Part shown: positions 1 through 7,769 of the stretch, one piece after another | How positions within the stretch are numbered: position 1 is the stretch's first letter | Layout of the letters: every line of letters begins with the position of its first letter | DNA from: Candidatus Bathyarchaeia archaeon | Lineage (GTDB): Archaea > Thermoproteota > Bathyarchaeia > Bathyarchaeales > Bathycorpusculaceae | Assembly (NCBI GenBank): GCA_050015395.1 | Contig: JBEKBM010000032.1 | Location: 1-24,012 of the forward strand | Reading direction: 5' to 3' | DNA length: 24,012 nt | Position numbers and translations under genes: made by a program | The notes under the pieces: model-generated | Seen by the model: the letters and a program-made list of their open reading frames with translations, nothing else | What the model was told of the DNA's origin: nothing | Databases searched by the model: none

Positions 1-403
1 CCCCGGTTGCGATTCTAAGACCCAGCAGCATTGCCACTCCAATTATTATGGCTGACTGGGCCATGAGCACGAGTATGTCGCACATCAAGCGACCAAGCAA
101 AATTGCCGATCTGCTGGCAGGAGTTAAAAGCACTTTCTGAAGAAACCCCGAGTCAAGATCACTCACAATCGACTGGCCCGACGGCAACCCAATAACTAAA
201 TTCAACACCAATATCCCAGGCGTAAGGTAAGCAAGGTAACTCCCAGTGGGTCCCAGAAAAATGCCGAGTTTTTGAAGTAACTGCGAGAAAAGGATCAGAA
301 ACAGCAATGGCGTGAAGAGGTGGACAAACAGTAGAGTAGGGTTTCTCCATAGTTTTGTTAAAGCTCTTTGGAACAAGGATTGAATGTCATAAAATAGTGT
401 CAT
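1..403 (-). CDS. ABC-2 type exporter permease (DrrB-like); 5' part only, runs off the window start
   Basis: Not in the ORF track. Manual translation from ATG at 403 gives MTLFYDIQSLFQRALTKLWRNPTLLFVHLFTPLLFLILFSQLL...SYLAYLTPGILVLNL...IVSDLDSGFLQKVLLTPASRSAILLGRL. This has the ABC-2 motifs (YLxPG; D..G.L.....TP.SR..I..G), a GAGGT SD upstream, and lies directly downstream of the ATPase. Confidence 0.93.
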   Translation of the reverse strand, partial: MTLFYDIQSLFQRALTKLWRNPTLLFVHLFTPLLFLILFSQLLQKLGIFLGPTGSYLAYLTPGILVLNLVIGLPSGQSIVSDLDSGFLQKVLLTPASRSAILLGRLMCDILVLMAQSAIIIGVAMLLGLRIATG

Positions 404-415
404 TTTTAGTTTACC

Positions 416-1417
416 TCACATTAAGATTTGTTCGGTGGGTTTTCTGCCGAGTTCTTCGGGTCTTATTCTTCTGCCCGTATGGTGCAGGAAAACATCATCA
501 AGTGTTGGAGAGGACATGTTCAAAGAAGTCGGGCGAATGTTGTTGCGGTCCAACGCTGTAACTACGTCAGCTATTATTTCGTTTGCGTTCTTCGCATGAG
601 CAGCAATGCCGCCGTCTGAATCAGTAACATCCACTACTCCCGGAATTTCTTGCAAAATCCTTTTCGTTTCGGATCTCAACAAGGAATCTTTTGGGTTCTT
701 AAGTGAAAGAGTTATGGTGTCATGTCCGATTGCTTGCTTGAGTTCTGCGGGCGAACCACCAGCAACAATCTTCCCGTGGTCAATTATTGAGAGTCGCCGG
801 CAGAGCTTGTCTGCCTCCTCCAAGTACTGAGTCGTCAAAAATATTGTAATTCCTTCTTCCCTGTTTAGCTCATCCAGGTAGTCCCATATTGACGCACGGG
901 CTTGAGGATCAAGCCCAGTCGTCGGCTCATCAAGGAAAAGTAATTTAGGCTTATGAATTAGGGCAGAGGCGAGGTCAAGCCGTTTTTTCATGCCGCCTGA
1001 ATATCGGCCAGCAGGTTTGTTTGCGAATTCTTCAAGCTGCACAGTTTTTAGTAGCTCGTCTACTCGTTTCTCTAAGGCGCTACCATGTATTTGTTGGAGA
1101 CGACCTTGAAGACGGAGATTTTCCTTGCCTGTTAGGTCAACGTCTATTATGGTTTCTTGTGTGAGGACTCCGATGACTTTTCGGATTTCCTTTGGCGATT
1201 TTTCTAAATCGTAACCAGCTACTTGCGCGTGCCCTGAAGTCTTTCTGAGGAGCGTGGTGAGGATTTTGATTGTGGTGCTTTTTCCTGCGCCATTCGGCCC
1301 CAGAAACCCGAAAAATTCGCCGTCTTTCACATTAAAAGAGATCCCTTCAAGTGCTCTTGTGCCGTCAGCATAGACCTCTACGAGGTTTTCGACCGAAATA
1401 ATATCTGATGTTTCCAT
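416..1417 (-). CDS. ABC-2 exporter ATP-binding subunit (DrrA-like)
   Basis: Walker A GPNGAGKST, signature YSGGMKKRL, Walker B LFLDEPTTGLDP, switch TTQYLEEAD, and C-terminal PTLDDVFL..TG. Confidence 0.96.
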   Translation of the reverse strand: METSDIISVENLVEVYADGTRALEGISFNVKDGEFFGFLGPNGAGKSTTIKILTTLLRKTSGHAQVAGYDLEKSPKEIRKVIGVLTQETIIDVDLTGKENLRLQGRLQQIHGSALEKRVDELLKTVQLEEFANKPAGRYSGGMKKRLDLASALIHKPKLLFLDEPTTGLDPQARASIWDYLDELNREEGITIFLTTQYLEEADKLCRRLSIIDHGKIVAGGSPAELKQAIGHDTITLSLKNPKDSLLRSETKRILQEIPGVVDVTDSDGGIAAHAKNANEIIADVVTALDRNNIRPTSLNMSSPTLDDVFLHHTGRRIRPEELGRKPTEQILM

Positions 1418-1471
1418 TTATTTTTCACTTCGCTTAGTTTTCTGATATGTAGACATCGTTACGGATTAAGC

Positions 1472-1495
1472 TTATAGCGAGCATATTCGCTGTAA
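1472..1495. promoter_or_regulatory. Imperfect palindrome; candidate operator between the divergent ABC-2 and HTH_10 genes
   Basis: TTATAGCGA-gcatat-TCGCTGTAA, with 8 of 9 arm positions complementary. It is flanked by AT-rich TATA-like elements facing in both directions. Confidence 0.55.
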
Positions 1496-1529
1496 CATTT
1501 TAATTGTTGAATAGATGTAATGTAATCAC

Positions 1530-2261
1530 ATGCGCAGAATAGTTGTAGAATGGTCAGTCAACGAAGCAATTAAAAGAATTAAGGATCGAGAAATCGAGAG
1601 ACTCAAAACATCTGAGACAGGTGACAATTCCGAATTAATCAAAAAAGCTCAATTGACTGAATTAATAAACAGGCTTGAAACTATGAAAAAAATCAAGTCA
1701 TTTGAGATGCTACACATTTTAAGATTTGATTCCTCTGAAACGGCAGCAATATTCAGATTAGAGCCCAAGGATAACTCTTTGGAAGTTGAAGAACTCTTAA
1801 AATCACTCCTTCAAAACCTAAACGTTGAATATCAGCTTTTAGAACAGGATAGAGGCGCTTGCATCTATTTTATCAAGGGAAAAACGGTTCAGCCAAGTTC
1901 AGGAACACCCATCAGAAGAGGGATGTACCCCATGTTGCCCTTTGCTGTCAGGGATGGAAAAGTTAGAGTTACCCTTGTCGGGGATAATGAGCAGGTTAAG
2001 GAGTTCCTTGAAACTAGAGGGGTTAACTATAAGGTGTTGTCGTTGACGGACGCCAAATTTTCGCTCAATTCGCCGATCAGCCGCTTGACTGAAAAGCAGC
2101 AAGAAGCCATTTCTTTGGCCTTTAGGCTTGGCTACTTTGATACACCCAGAAAAGTAAGCGCGGATGAACTTGCCGAAAAACTTGGTCTTTCGAGTTCTAC
2201 CTTAGCAGTTCATTTGAGAAGAGCTGAACACCGCTTGCTTGCTGAAATGTTAAACCAGTAG
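1530..2261 (+). CDS. HTH_10 (bacterio-opsin activator-type C-terminal HTH) transcriptional regulator
   Basis: The C-terminus LTEKQQEAISLAFRLGYFDTPRKVSADELAEKLGLSSSTLAVHLRRAE matches the HTH_10 consensus. Confidence 0.92.
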   Translation: MRRIVVEWSVNEAIKRIKDREIERLKTSETGDNSELIKKAQLTELINRLETMKKIKSFEMLHILRFDSSETAAIFRLEPKDNSLEVEELLKSLLQNLNVEYQLLEQDRGACIYFIKGKTVQPSSGTPIRRGMYPMLPFAVRDGKVRVTLVGDNEQVKEFLETRGVNYKVLSLTDAKFSLNSPISRLTEKQQEAISLAFRLGYFDTPRKVSADELAEKLGLSSSTLAVHLRRAEHRLLAEMLNQ

Positions 2262-2281
2262 AGCTTTTACTTTGAAAAGGC

Positions 2282-2300
2282 GGAGCCTCGAGCGGGATTT
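2282..2300 (-). other. tRNA-Thr-like 3'-end fragment (att-site scar)
   Basis: The minus strand reads AAAT-CCCGC-TCGAGGC-T-CC: T-loop end, T-stem, acceptor 3' strand pairing with GCCTCGA, U discriminator, CC. No 5' half is present. Confidence 0.6.
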
Positions 2301-2307
2301 AGTGCTT

Positions 2308-2333
2308 GGGCATTAAAGCCCTTCTTGTTTTTT
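2308..2333 (+). terminator. Short hairpin plus U-tract after the HTH_10 gene
   Basis: GGGC-attaaa-GCCC followed by ttcttgtttttt. Confidence 0.4.
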
Positions 2334-2350
2334 GACATAATTTTTGCTCC

Positions 2351-2373
2351 TCAAGCCCATGCATGAGGCTTGA
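2351..2373. repeat. Near-perfect 23-bp palindrome
   Basis: TCAAGCC-CATGCATG-A-GGCTTGA; a single-base indel away from a perfect palindrome. Confidence 0.7.
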
Positions 2374-2504
2374 ATTAAATAAATGTTATTCTGGTAAATG
2401 CAAATGAATGCACTCTAACCAAGAGGTTCGAGTCCGCTGGGATGCGCTACTCTGGAGGAGAATTTAACACTTTTAACTATCTTTTTTCATTTGTTTTAAT
2501 ATGA

Positions 2505-2527
2505 TGGCACAGGGGATGGATTCGAAC
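2505..2527 (-). other. Degenerate tRNA 3'-end fragment (Leu-like)
   Basis: The minus strand reads GTTCGAAT-CCATCCCCTGTG-CCA, one base shorter than the canonical T-stem/acceptor/NCCA spacing. Confidence 0.4.
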
Positions 2528-2744
2528 TCCGCCATAATGGAGATTTCACTCACATTCCTTTTTTTGGGGAATCGCTTTCCAACTTACAAGTGCCGAATGC
2601 TCGAATTTGCTTAGGTTCTGGATTTGAAGAAAAAGAAAAGCAAGTATTATCTTCGTTCACCAATCCATTCGAGCTTAAGACTGATTGATTGTTTTACGGC
2701 TTTAATTAAATCATTTTACGTTAAGTACTTTTGTTTCGCTAAAG

Positions 2745-3575
2745 CTAGTTTACCTCTAGAAGCGTTACTGTTTTTGTGTCTTCCCAAAGCATGTCAAAGA
2801 GTTTTCTTGCTATTCCGATTACCTCTTTGTTGTTTGTAACTAACGTTGCACTTGCTAATGACAATTCTAATGGAACCCAGAGTTCTTCGCCATCAATTAT
2901 TGCGTAGTACAGACCATCTTGTCCGCAAGCTTTCTTTATCGTTAGATTAAAAGCTGTCGCCCGCTTTGGCCAATTTCTTTTATTAAAAACCTCATCAAGT
3001 TTATTTTCCTCTTTATTGCAGCCAATGAGAACTCTTGCCTTAACGTTATGTTTTAAAAAAAGGCTAGACACAGCAATAAGTTCCGATATTAACTCGTCTG
3101 CACTCGGCGGAAATAGTTCTTGGCTAGTAAACACGTCATATGTACTTTTTGCATTTTCATACGCCAATTCAACTCTATTTTTATACGCTTCGGTTCTGAA
3201 TGGAAGCAGAACAAATTTTGAATTTTCGTGTTTGAGATACGGTTTAAACTGTTTTTTGATTGAATCTATTATGTCCATTGCAGTCTTTCTTTGCGCTTCA
3301 ACATTCCTTTGTTGAATTTCTATCAAGTTATTTAGAGCTTTCTCGACAGGCAATGCTTCTACTTGGATAGGTTTGACTGCCGTTCTTGTGACTAAACCTA
3401 TTTTCTCGAGCTTCTTAATTATTTTATAAATATCTTGCTCATACAAATTAGTTCTGTCAGAGATTTCGGGTATGGTGTGAGCATTGGTGAGGACGCTTGC
3501 ATAAACTCTGGCTTGTCTAAGGGTTAATCCTAGCTTGCAGAATCGTCTAACTAGATCAGAATCTTCTACCAGCAT
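2745..3575 (-). CDS. TrmB-family transcriptional regulator (N-terminal wHTH, PLD-like effector domain)
   Basis: LGLTLRQARVYASVL...TIPEISDRTNLYEQDIYKIIKKLEKIGLV...P, and C-terminal YAIIDGEELW...LFDMLWE. The start was moved to ATG 3575 because the ORF-track extension overlaps the divergent gene. Confidence 0.88.
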   Translation of the reverse strand: MLVEDSDLVRRFCKLGLTLRQARVYASVLTNAHTIPEISDRTNLYEQDIYKIIKKLEKIGLVTRTAVKPIQVEALPVEKALNNLIEIQQRNVEAQRKTAMDIIDSIKKQFKPYLKHENSKFVLLPFRTEAYKNRVELAYENAKSTYDVFTSQELFPPSADELISELIAVSSLFLKHNVKARVLIGCNKEENKLDEVFNKRNWPKRATAFNLTIKKACGQDGLYYAIIDGEELWVPLELSLASATLVTNNKEVIGIARKLFDMLWEDTKTVTLLEVN

Positions 3576-3624
3576 ATTTCCACTTGTATTCAGACGTTGT
3601 ACTAATATTTTTTCTATTTCCGTT

Positions 3625-3659
3625 TTGTAAAGCGACCGCTTTGCAATAAAAACTATTAA
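3625..3659 (+). promoter_or_regulatory. Palindromic operator directly upstream of the BRE/TATA of the beta-propeller gene
   Basis: TTGTAAAGCG-ac-CGCTTTGCAA (3625-3646, 9 of 10 arm positions complementary), followed by AAAAACTATTAA (3648-3659). Confidence 0.6.
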
Positions 3660-3706
3660 GAAAAAAGTCGATGTGCCATCGCGCGATAAAAGCGCATGTG
3701 AAAAAA

Positions 3707-6496
3707 ATGAAAAAAACAAAAAAAGTTCAAAATATAATAACTGCATTTGTAATCAGTGCTTTGCTATTGATTTCGATGATAGCTTTATTATCAGATTCTA
3801 CTTTGTCTTCCGTCAAGGCACAGACAACATCAGGGAGTACAATAAGCTCAAACCTGATCAACGACATATATGCGGCGCCTGCCGGTAATGATAGTCGAAG
3901 CTTTGCAGCGACGGGATCAGGTCCAACAACGAACAACATAATGTGGACTGATGACATTCCTGGCGTTACTACAGCGGGAATAGAAAGCGATATAACGGCT
4001 TTCGGCGGCTACGTATTCGTTCAGAATGCTACTGACCTTATTGCATTAGACGGCGGAACCGGAAACATCGTTTACACAATTCCTAGCCCAGACGGAGAAC
4101 TTGGAGAACCAATATACTTAGGCGGCAACTACATGCTGTTAGGACCAAGTTGCATTACAGTTGATACAGGAACGTTAGTTTGGACCCTGCCAGGATTCAA
4201 CCTAGACGAAGCTGGATATGGACAAGCAATAGAACAGGGAGGCGGAGCACCTGTTACAGACCCACAATATTTACCAGCAACAATGTTCTTCTTCGGCCAA
4301 TGCGGATGGGAACTAAAGAATCCTGCCCAACCACCAACGGTCCTATGGAACGATACGGGAAACCCGCTTGCGACAGGCGAGCTTGACATTTCACCTGTAT
4401 ATGGCAGCGGAGTCATAGTCTACACCGACATGGCAGACCAAACATTCAACGGATTCAACGCAACAACAGGAGCATACCTATGGACAGTTTACGTTCCATC
4501 TCTCCAGTTTTGCGGTACTACATCTATCGACGGCGTCTTCGCTTTCGGAACACAAGATGGCTGGATATACGCCTGGAACATCACGACAGGACAATTCATG
4601 TGGAAATGGAATCCAGGAACACCTGACAGCGATTGGTCTTGGAGCCTAGGCTCAAGCTACGGAATGATCTACGGACACAACGAAGACGGACACTTCTACG
4701 CAGTAAACGCTACAACAGGAACGGAGGTTTGGAACGCATACACAAACAATGGCGTCGCATATTCAGGCACTTTTACAATAGCTGGAGGATACATATACGC
4801 ACAAATGGGCGACAATGAATACCGAAACCCCTACACTGGAGCGTACGGGCATAATGAATTTGACTGCTTCAACGCCTACAACGGCACAGAGGTTTGGTCA
4901 CTTCCATTTGCAACTGGAGCGCCAGACAACGCCCAATGCGTCGCTTACGGCAACCTTTACGTGATACCCACGACCTCATCATCCACACCTGGAGTTTACA
5001 CTTACTCAACAATCGCAAGTTTCGTTGGTGGACCTGGCACACTAGGCGAAGTCATGTGCATTGGAAATGGAACAGCGCAGAGCTGGCCAATGTACATGGA
5101 TAGCGCTGCGCATGACTCAAGCGGTGTAGGACCAACAAACTTAACCGTATTATGGAGCAAACCCCTGGGCAGTGGCGCATCGTTTGCAAGTTCACCCGTG
5201 TTCGCTAACGGCATAGGATACATCGGATCAGTTAACAAGAATATCTACGCCTTCAATTCCACCAACGGTGATGTAATCTGGAACTTTACAACTAACGCTG
5301 CAGTATATTCTACACCCGCCGTCGTGAACGGTTACGTCTACACAGGAGCTGATGATGGAAACGTCTACTGCTTAAACGCTGCTTCAGGCAGTTTATTGTG
5401 GAAGGTAGCATTATCTGCAGGACCTGCTACTAACTTCGGCTTCGGAGAAGCGGGAACAGAAGGTCCGCCATCGCCAATGGCTGTAGGTAATGACCTTTAC
5501 ATCGGAGATAACGACTACATCTATTGCTTAAACGCGAATACTGGAGCGACAATTTGGTCATACAGTTGGGGCAATATGTTCGCGCCTTTAATCGGGACGC
5601 CGACAATCGTTAACAACGTCGTTTACATTGCACCTGACACAGGTTACAGCGGCGAACTCGCTTTTATCTTACCCGGTGCATCTTGCCCTGACGGTTTCCT
5701 CTATGAACTTAACGCGCAAACAGGAGAACTAATCGCCAACATAACAATTCCATACGTTGAAAACCCATTCTTAGCTCAAGGATACACAGCCATTTCCGAA
5801 AACGGAGAAGGAATAATTGCGCCAGTGACAGTCGATACAACAGATAACCTTGCCTTTGTACAACAGATGAACGAGCGTACTGATGCTATAAATCTAACGT
5901 CTGGAACAATACTATGGACCTACGATGCATACTACAATCCAGGAACGCCTGGACAATGGGGAACTGAACAAAATGGAGGCGTGCTCTATGCAGATGGCAA
6001 CGTTTACTTCAACGAGTGGTATGATATCGTTTGTCTCAACGCAGTTTCTGGTAACGTCACCTGGAACCTGTACCTTAACAGGGAATCAGAGTCGCCATTA
6101 TCCATCTATGCTGGAAATCTCTACGATGTCACTTACACCTTCAACGTCTACGTGATTAACGCCGCTACCGGAGCAAAATTATCGTACGCCGCCTGCGGAA
6201 ACGAACCAACAACACCTGTACCATACGCTGGCAACCTCTATGTAGCGTCAGGTGACTTTAACATCACATGCTACACTCAAGCAGCCGCTCCAGTAACACC
6301 GACTCCAACGCCTACTCCAACTCCAAGTCCAACTCCGACACCATCACCTACCTCTGCACCCACAGCAACGCCACTATCGCTATCTCCGCTTGGCTGGTCT
6401 CTGCTGTACGTAACCATCGCCATCATAATCACCATCATAGTCGCAGTAACCGCGGTCGGCGCACTTGTGCTGCGAACACTGAAAAAACGACCATAG
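3707..6496 (+). CDS. Secreted, membrane-anchored PQQ-binding-like (BamB/PQQ_2) double beta-propeller protein
   Basis: Signal peptide MKKTKK-hydrophobic-VKA|Q; many repeats of the type G.IYAxNATTG..(L/V)W; two propeller blocks each preceded by a GPT motif; Pro/Thr linker, TM helix and basic tail. ATG 3707 is preferred over 3671. Confidence 0.9.
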   Translation: MKKTKKVQNIITAFVISALLLISMIALLSDSTLSSVKAQTTSGSTISSNLINDIYAAPAGNDSRSFAATGSGPTTNNIMWTDDIPGVTTAGIESDITAFGGYVFVQNATDLIALDGGTGNIVYTIPSPDGELGEPIYLGGNYMLLGPSCITVDTGTLVWTLPGFNLDEAGYGQAIEQGGGAPVTDPQYLPATMFFFGQCGWELKNPAQPPTVLWNDTGNPLATGELDISPVYGSGVIVYTDMADQTFNGFNATTGAYLWTVYVPSLQFCGTTSIDGVFAFGTQDGWIYAWNITTGQFMWKWNPGTPDSDWSWSLGSSYGMIYGHNEDGHFYAVNATTGTEVWNAYTNNGVAYSGTFTIAGGYIYAQMGDNEYRNPYTGAYGHNEFDCFNAYNGTEVWSLPFATGAPDNAQCVAYGNLYVIPTTSSSTPGVYTYSTIASFVGGPGTLGEVMCIGNGTAQSWPMYMDSAAHDSSGVGPTNLTVLWSKPLGSGASFASSPVFANGIGYIGSVNKNIYAFNSTNGDVIWNFTTNAAVYSTPAVVNGYVYTGADDGNVYCLNAASGSLLWKVALSAGPATNFGFGEAGTEGPPSPMAVGNDLYIGDNDYIYCLNANTGATIWSYSWGNMFAPLIGTPTIVNNVVYIAPDTGYSGELAFILPGASCPDGFLYELNAQTGELIANITIPYVENPFLAQGYTAISENGEGIIAPVTVDTTDNLAFVQQMNERTDAINLTSGTILWTYDAYYNPGTPGQWGTEQNGGVLYADGNVYFNEWYDIVCLNAVSGNVTWNLYLNRESESPLSIYAGNLYDVTYTFNVYVINAATGAKLSYAACGNEPTTPVPYAGNLYVASGDFNITCYTQAAAPVTPTPTPTPTPSPTPTPSPTSAPTATPLSLSPLGWSLLYVTIAIIITIIVAVTAVGALVLRTLKKRP
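6290..6373 (+). repeat. Pro/Thr/Ser low-complexity linker (PTPTPTPSPTPTPSPT)
   Basis: Degenerate 6-bp tandem repeat coding for a stalk just before the TM anchor. Confidence 0.85.
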
Positions 6497-6520
6497 GCGA
6501 GAAAGCTGGAAAACAAAAAA

Positions 6521-6539
6521 TTCCCTTTTCCCTTTTTTT
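6521..6539 (+). terminator. Archaeal pyrimidine/U-tract terminator
   Basis: ttcccttttcccttttttt, starting 25 nt after the stop codon. Confidence 0.6.
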
Positions 6540-6709
6540 AGTCCCACAGAAACAACGGAGAAACAAAAGAATGGGCGCTGAGAAGGCTCTGGTTACATTC
6601 AAAATAGCTGCAATTGAAGAGTTTGCATTTTCTTTTTCTCCTAAAGAATAGAAATTTTCTTCCTTAGTTTCCAGAGCCTCAGCAAACCCTTCTAAAAACA
6701 AGTTAGACT

Positions 6710-6790
6710 GATTTTCGTGAGGTTCGAGCGTTGTCTAAAACCGAAGGTTTAGCGGACCGGTGCTGTGATTGCGGTCGCAGGTTTTCGTAA
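6710..6790 (+). pseudogene. Decayed Zn-ribbon fragment resembling the N-terminus of archaeal integrases/transposases
   Basis: Translates DFREVRALSKTEGLADRCCDCGRRFS*. Restoring one deleted base and TAG to CAG gives VQRYRCCDCGRRFS, the QR(Y/W)xCxxCGxRFS knuckle. Confidence 0.45.
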
Positions 6791-6798
6791 GCCGAGTG

Positions 6799-6937
6799 TA
6801 GGCTAGGCTACTTTGATACTCCTAGAAAAGTAAGCGCGGATGAACTTGCCGAAAAGCTTGGTCTTTCGAGTTCTACTTTAGCTGTTCATTTGAGACGAGC
6901 TGAACGCCGCTTACTCGCTGAGATGCTAAACGAATAA
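6799..6937 (+). pseudogene. Orphan 3' fragment of an HTH_10 regulator gene; direct repeat of 2123-2261
   Basis: 139 bp colinear without gaps, 15 mismatches by manual count. Translates RLGYFDTPRKVSADELAEKLGLSSSTLAVHLRRAERRLLAEMLNE*. No start codon. Confidence 0.95.
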
Positions 6938-7125
6938 CACACTGTCACCCAATGAAGAAAGAAGCAACAAAACAGCCACCTTCCCATGAATTGATGATTT
7001 CCAATGGCGACGTATATAGTCAGCTATGGCAGCGCCAACTAAAGGGACGCTTTCTGTTGACATCCCCAATCTAAGCTCCTTATCTCTCAAAGAAAATAAT
7101 TAGTTGATTACCTAGTGCGCTAGCT

Positions 7126-7337
7126 TATAGCCAAAGTAAAAGACTTTTTGCATATTTAGCAAATGCTTGAGAACAAAAGCAGACTAAACACCCCTATTTA
7201 CAGTCAATATTGTAGACTTTGAACCAGACTATTATAATTCAGTTAAAAGCCTACACATTTTAAGTCCAGAAAATCTTCGAAGCAGGCTGTGAGTATGTTT
7301 GTGAAATGGCAACAAAATCTTTAGAAGACGAAAATAG
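7126..7337 (+). pseudogene. Decayed C-terminus of a tyrosine recombinase/integrase
   Basis: Read across stops and frameshifts: KVKDFLHI*QMLENKSRLNTPIYSQ/IVDFEPDYYNSVK/AYTF*VQKIFEAGCEYVCEM/NKIFRRRK*. This matches the remembered archaeal integrase tail KTKDILHVMQLLGHKNIKNTLIYTQL...EAGFEYVCE....FRKRK. Confidence 0.75.
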
Positions 7338-7388
7338 GGTAAAGTCCTCACATAAAGAGGACTCGGAATCACTAGAAAGTATGTTGAA

Positions 7389-7410
7389 GTGGACCGGGCG
7401 GGATTAGAAC
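7389..7410 (-). other. tRNA-Ala 3'-end fragment (att-site scar)
   Basis: The minus strand reads GTTCtAAT-CCCGC-CCGGTCC-A-C. The acceptor 3' strand pairs with GGGCCGG and gives the G3:U70 Ala determinant, with an A discriminator. It lies about 50 bp from the end of the integrase remnant. Confidence 0.7.
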
Positions 7411-7499
7411 TCACGTTCTTGGGTGAGACATGAGAAAGTCTTCCGTAAACTGTTTTTGATGTGAAAGCTATTATATTTGTTATAGCTATTATGGTATTT

Positions 7500-7769
7500 A
7501 TGACAACTATATCGGTTACAGAAGATGTTAAGCAGAAGCTACTTGAGGTTGCTTCTGAACTTCAGATTAAGCTAGGTCACCGAGTTGACCTTAACGAGGC
7601 TTTACGCTTCTTGGTTGATCAGCGAGAGAAGAACCCCCAGCTACTTGAAGAAGCATGCAAACCAGTAGCCGGAGCTAAAGAAGCAATTGAAGAGTTGCAA
7701 GAGGAGCGAAAACTTGATGAAACCAGACTTGAAAGGAAAATTAGCCGTAGACACCAGCGCATTGATTGA
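7500..7769 (+). CDS. vapB: VapB-type antitoxin (RHH-like N-terminus)
   Basis: MTTISVTEDVKQKLLEVASELQIKLGHRVDLNEALRFL. Small and acidic, and overlaps the PIN gene. A TATA-like element (aaagctattata) about 25 nt upstream suggests a leaderless start at 7500. Confidence 0.8.
   Translation: MTTISVTEDVKQKLLEVASELQIKLGHRVDLNEALRFLVDQREKNPQLLEEACKPVAGAKEAIEELQEERKLDETRLERKISRRHQRID

Noticed and set aside
159-350. 63-aa ORF in the ORF track
   Set aside because: It is an alternative frame inside the real ABC-2 permease gene (1-403).
2410-2450. GGTTCGAGTCC T-loop-like motif on the plus strand
   Set aside because: No pairing T-stem or acceptor and no NCCA; too degenerate to call as a tRNA or att site.
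3576-3746. N-terminal extension of the TrmB ORF
   Set aside because: It overlaps the divergent gene and its promoter, and looks like translated AT-rich intergenic DNA.
6435-6701. 88-aa minus-strand ORF and the overlapping 127-aa plus-strand ORF
   Set aside because: They run through the terminator and into the propeller gene, and have no recognisable motif.
6926-7063. 45-aa minus-strand ORF MSTESVPLVGAAIADY... with AGGAG upstream
   Set aside because: No recognisable family, it lies in a debris zone, and the SD spacing is long. It cannot be supported without a search.
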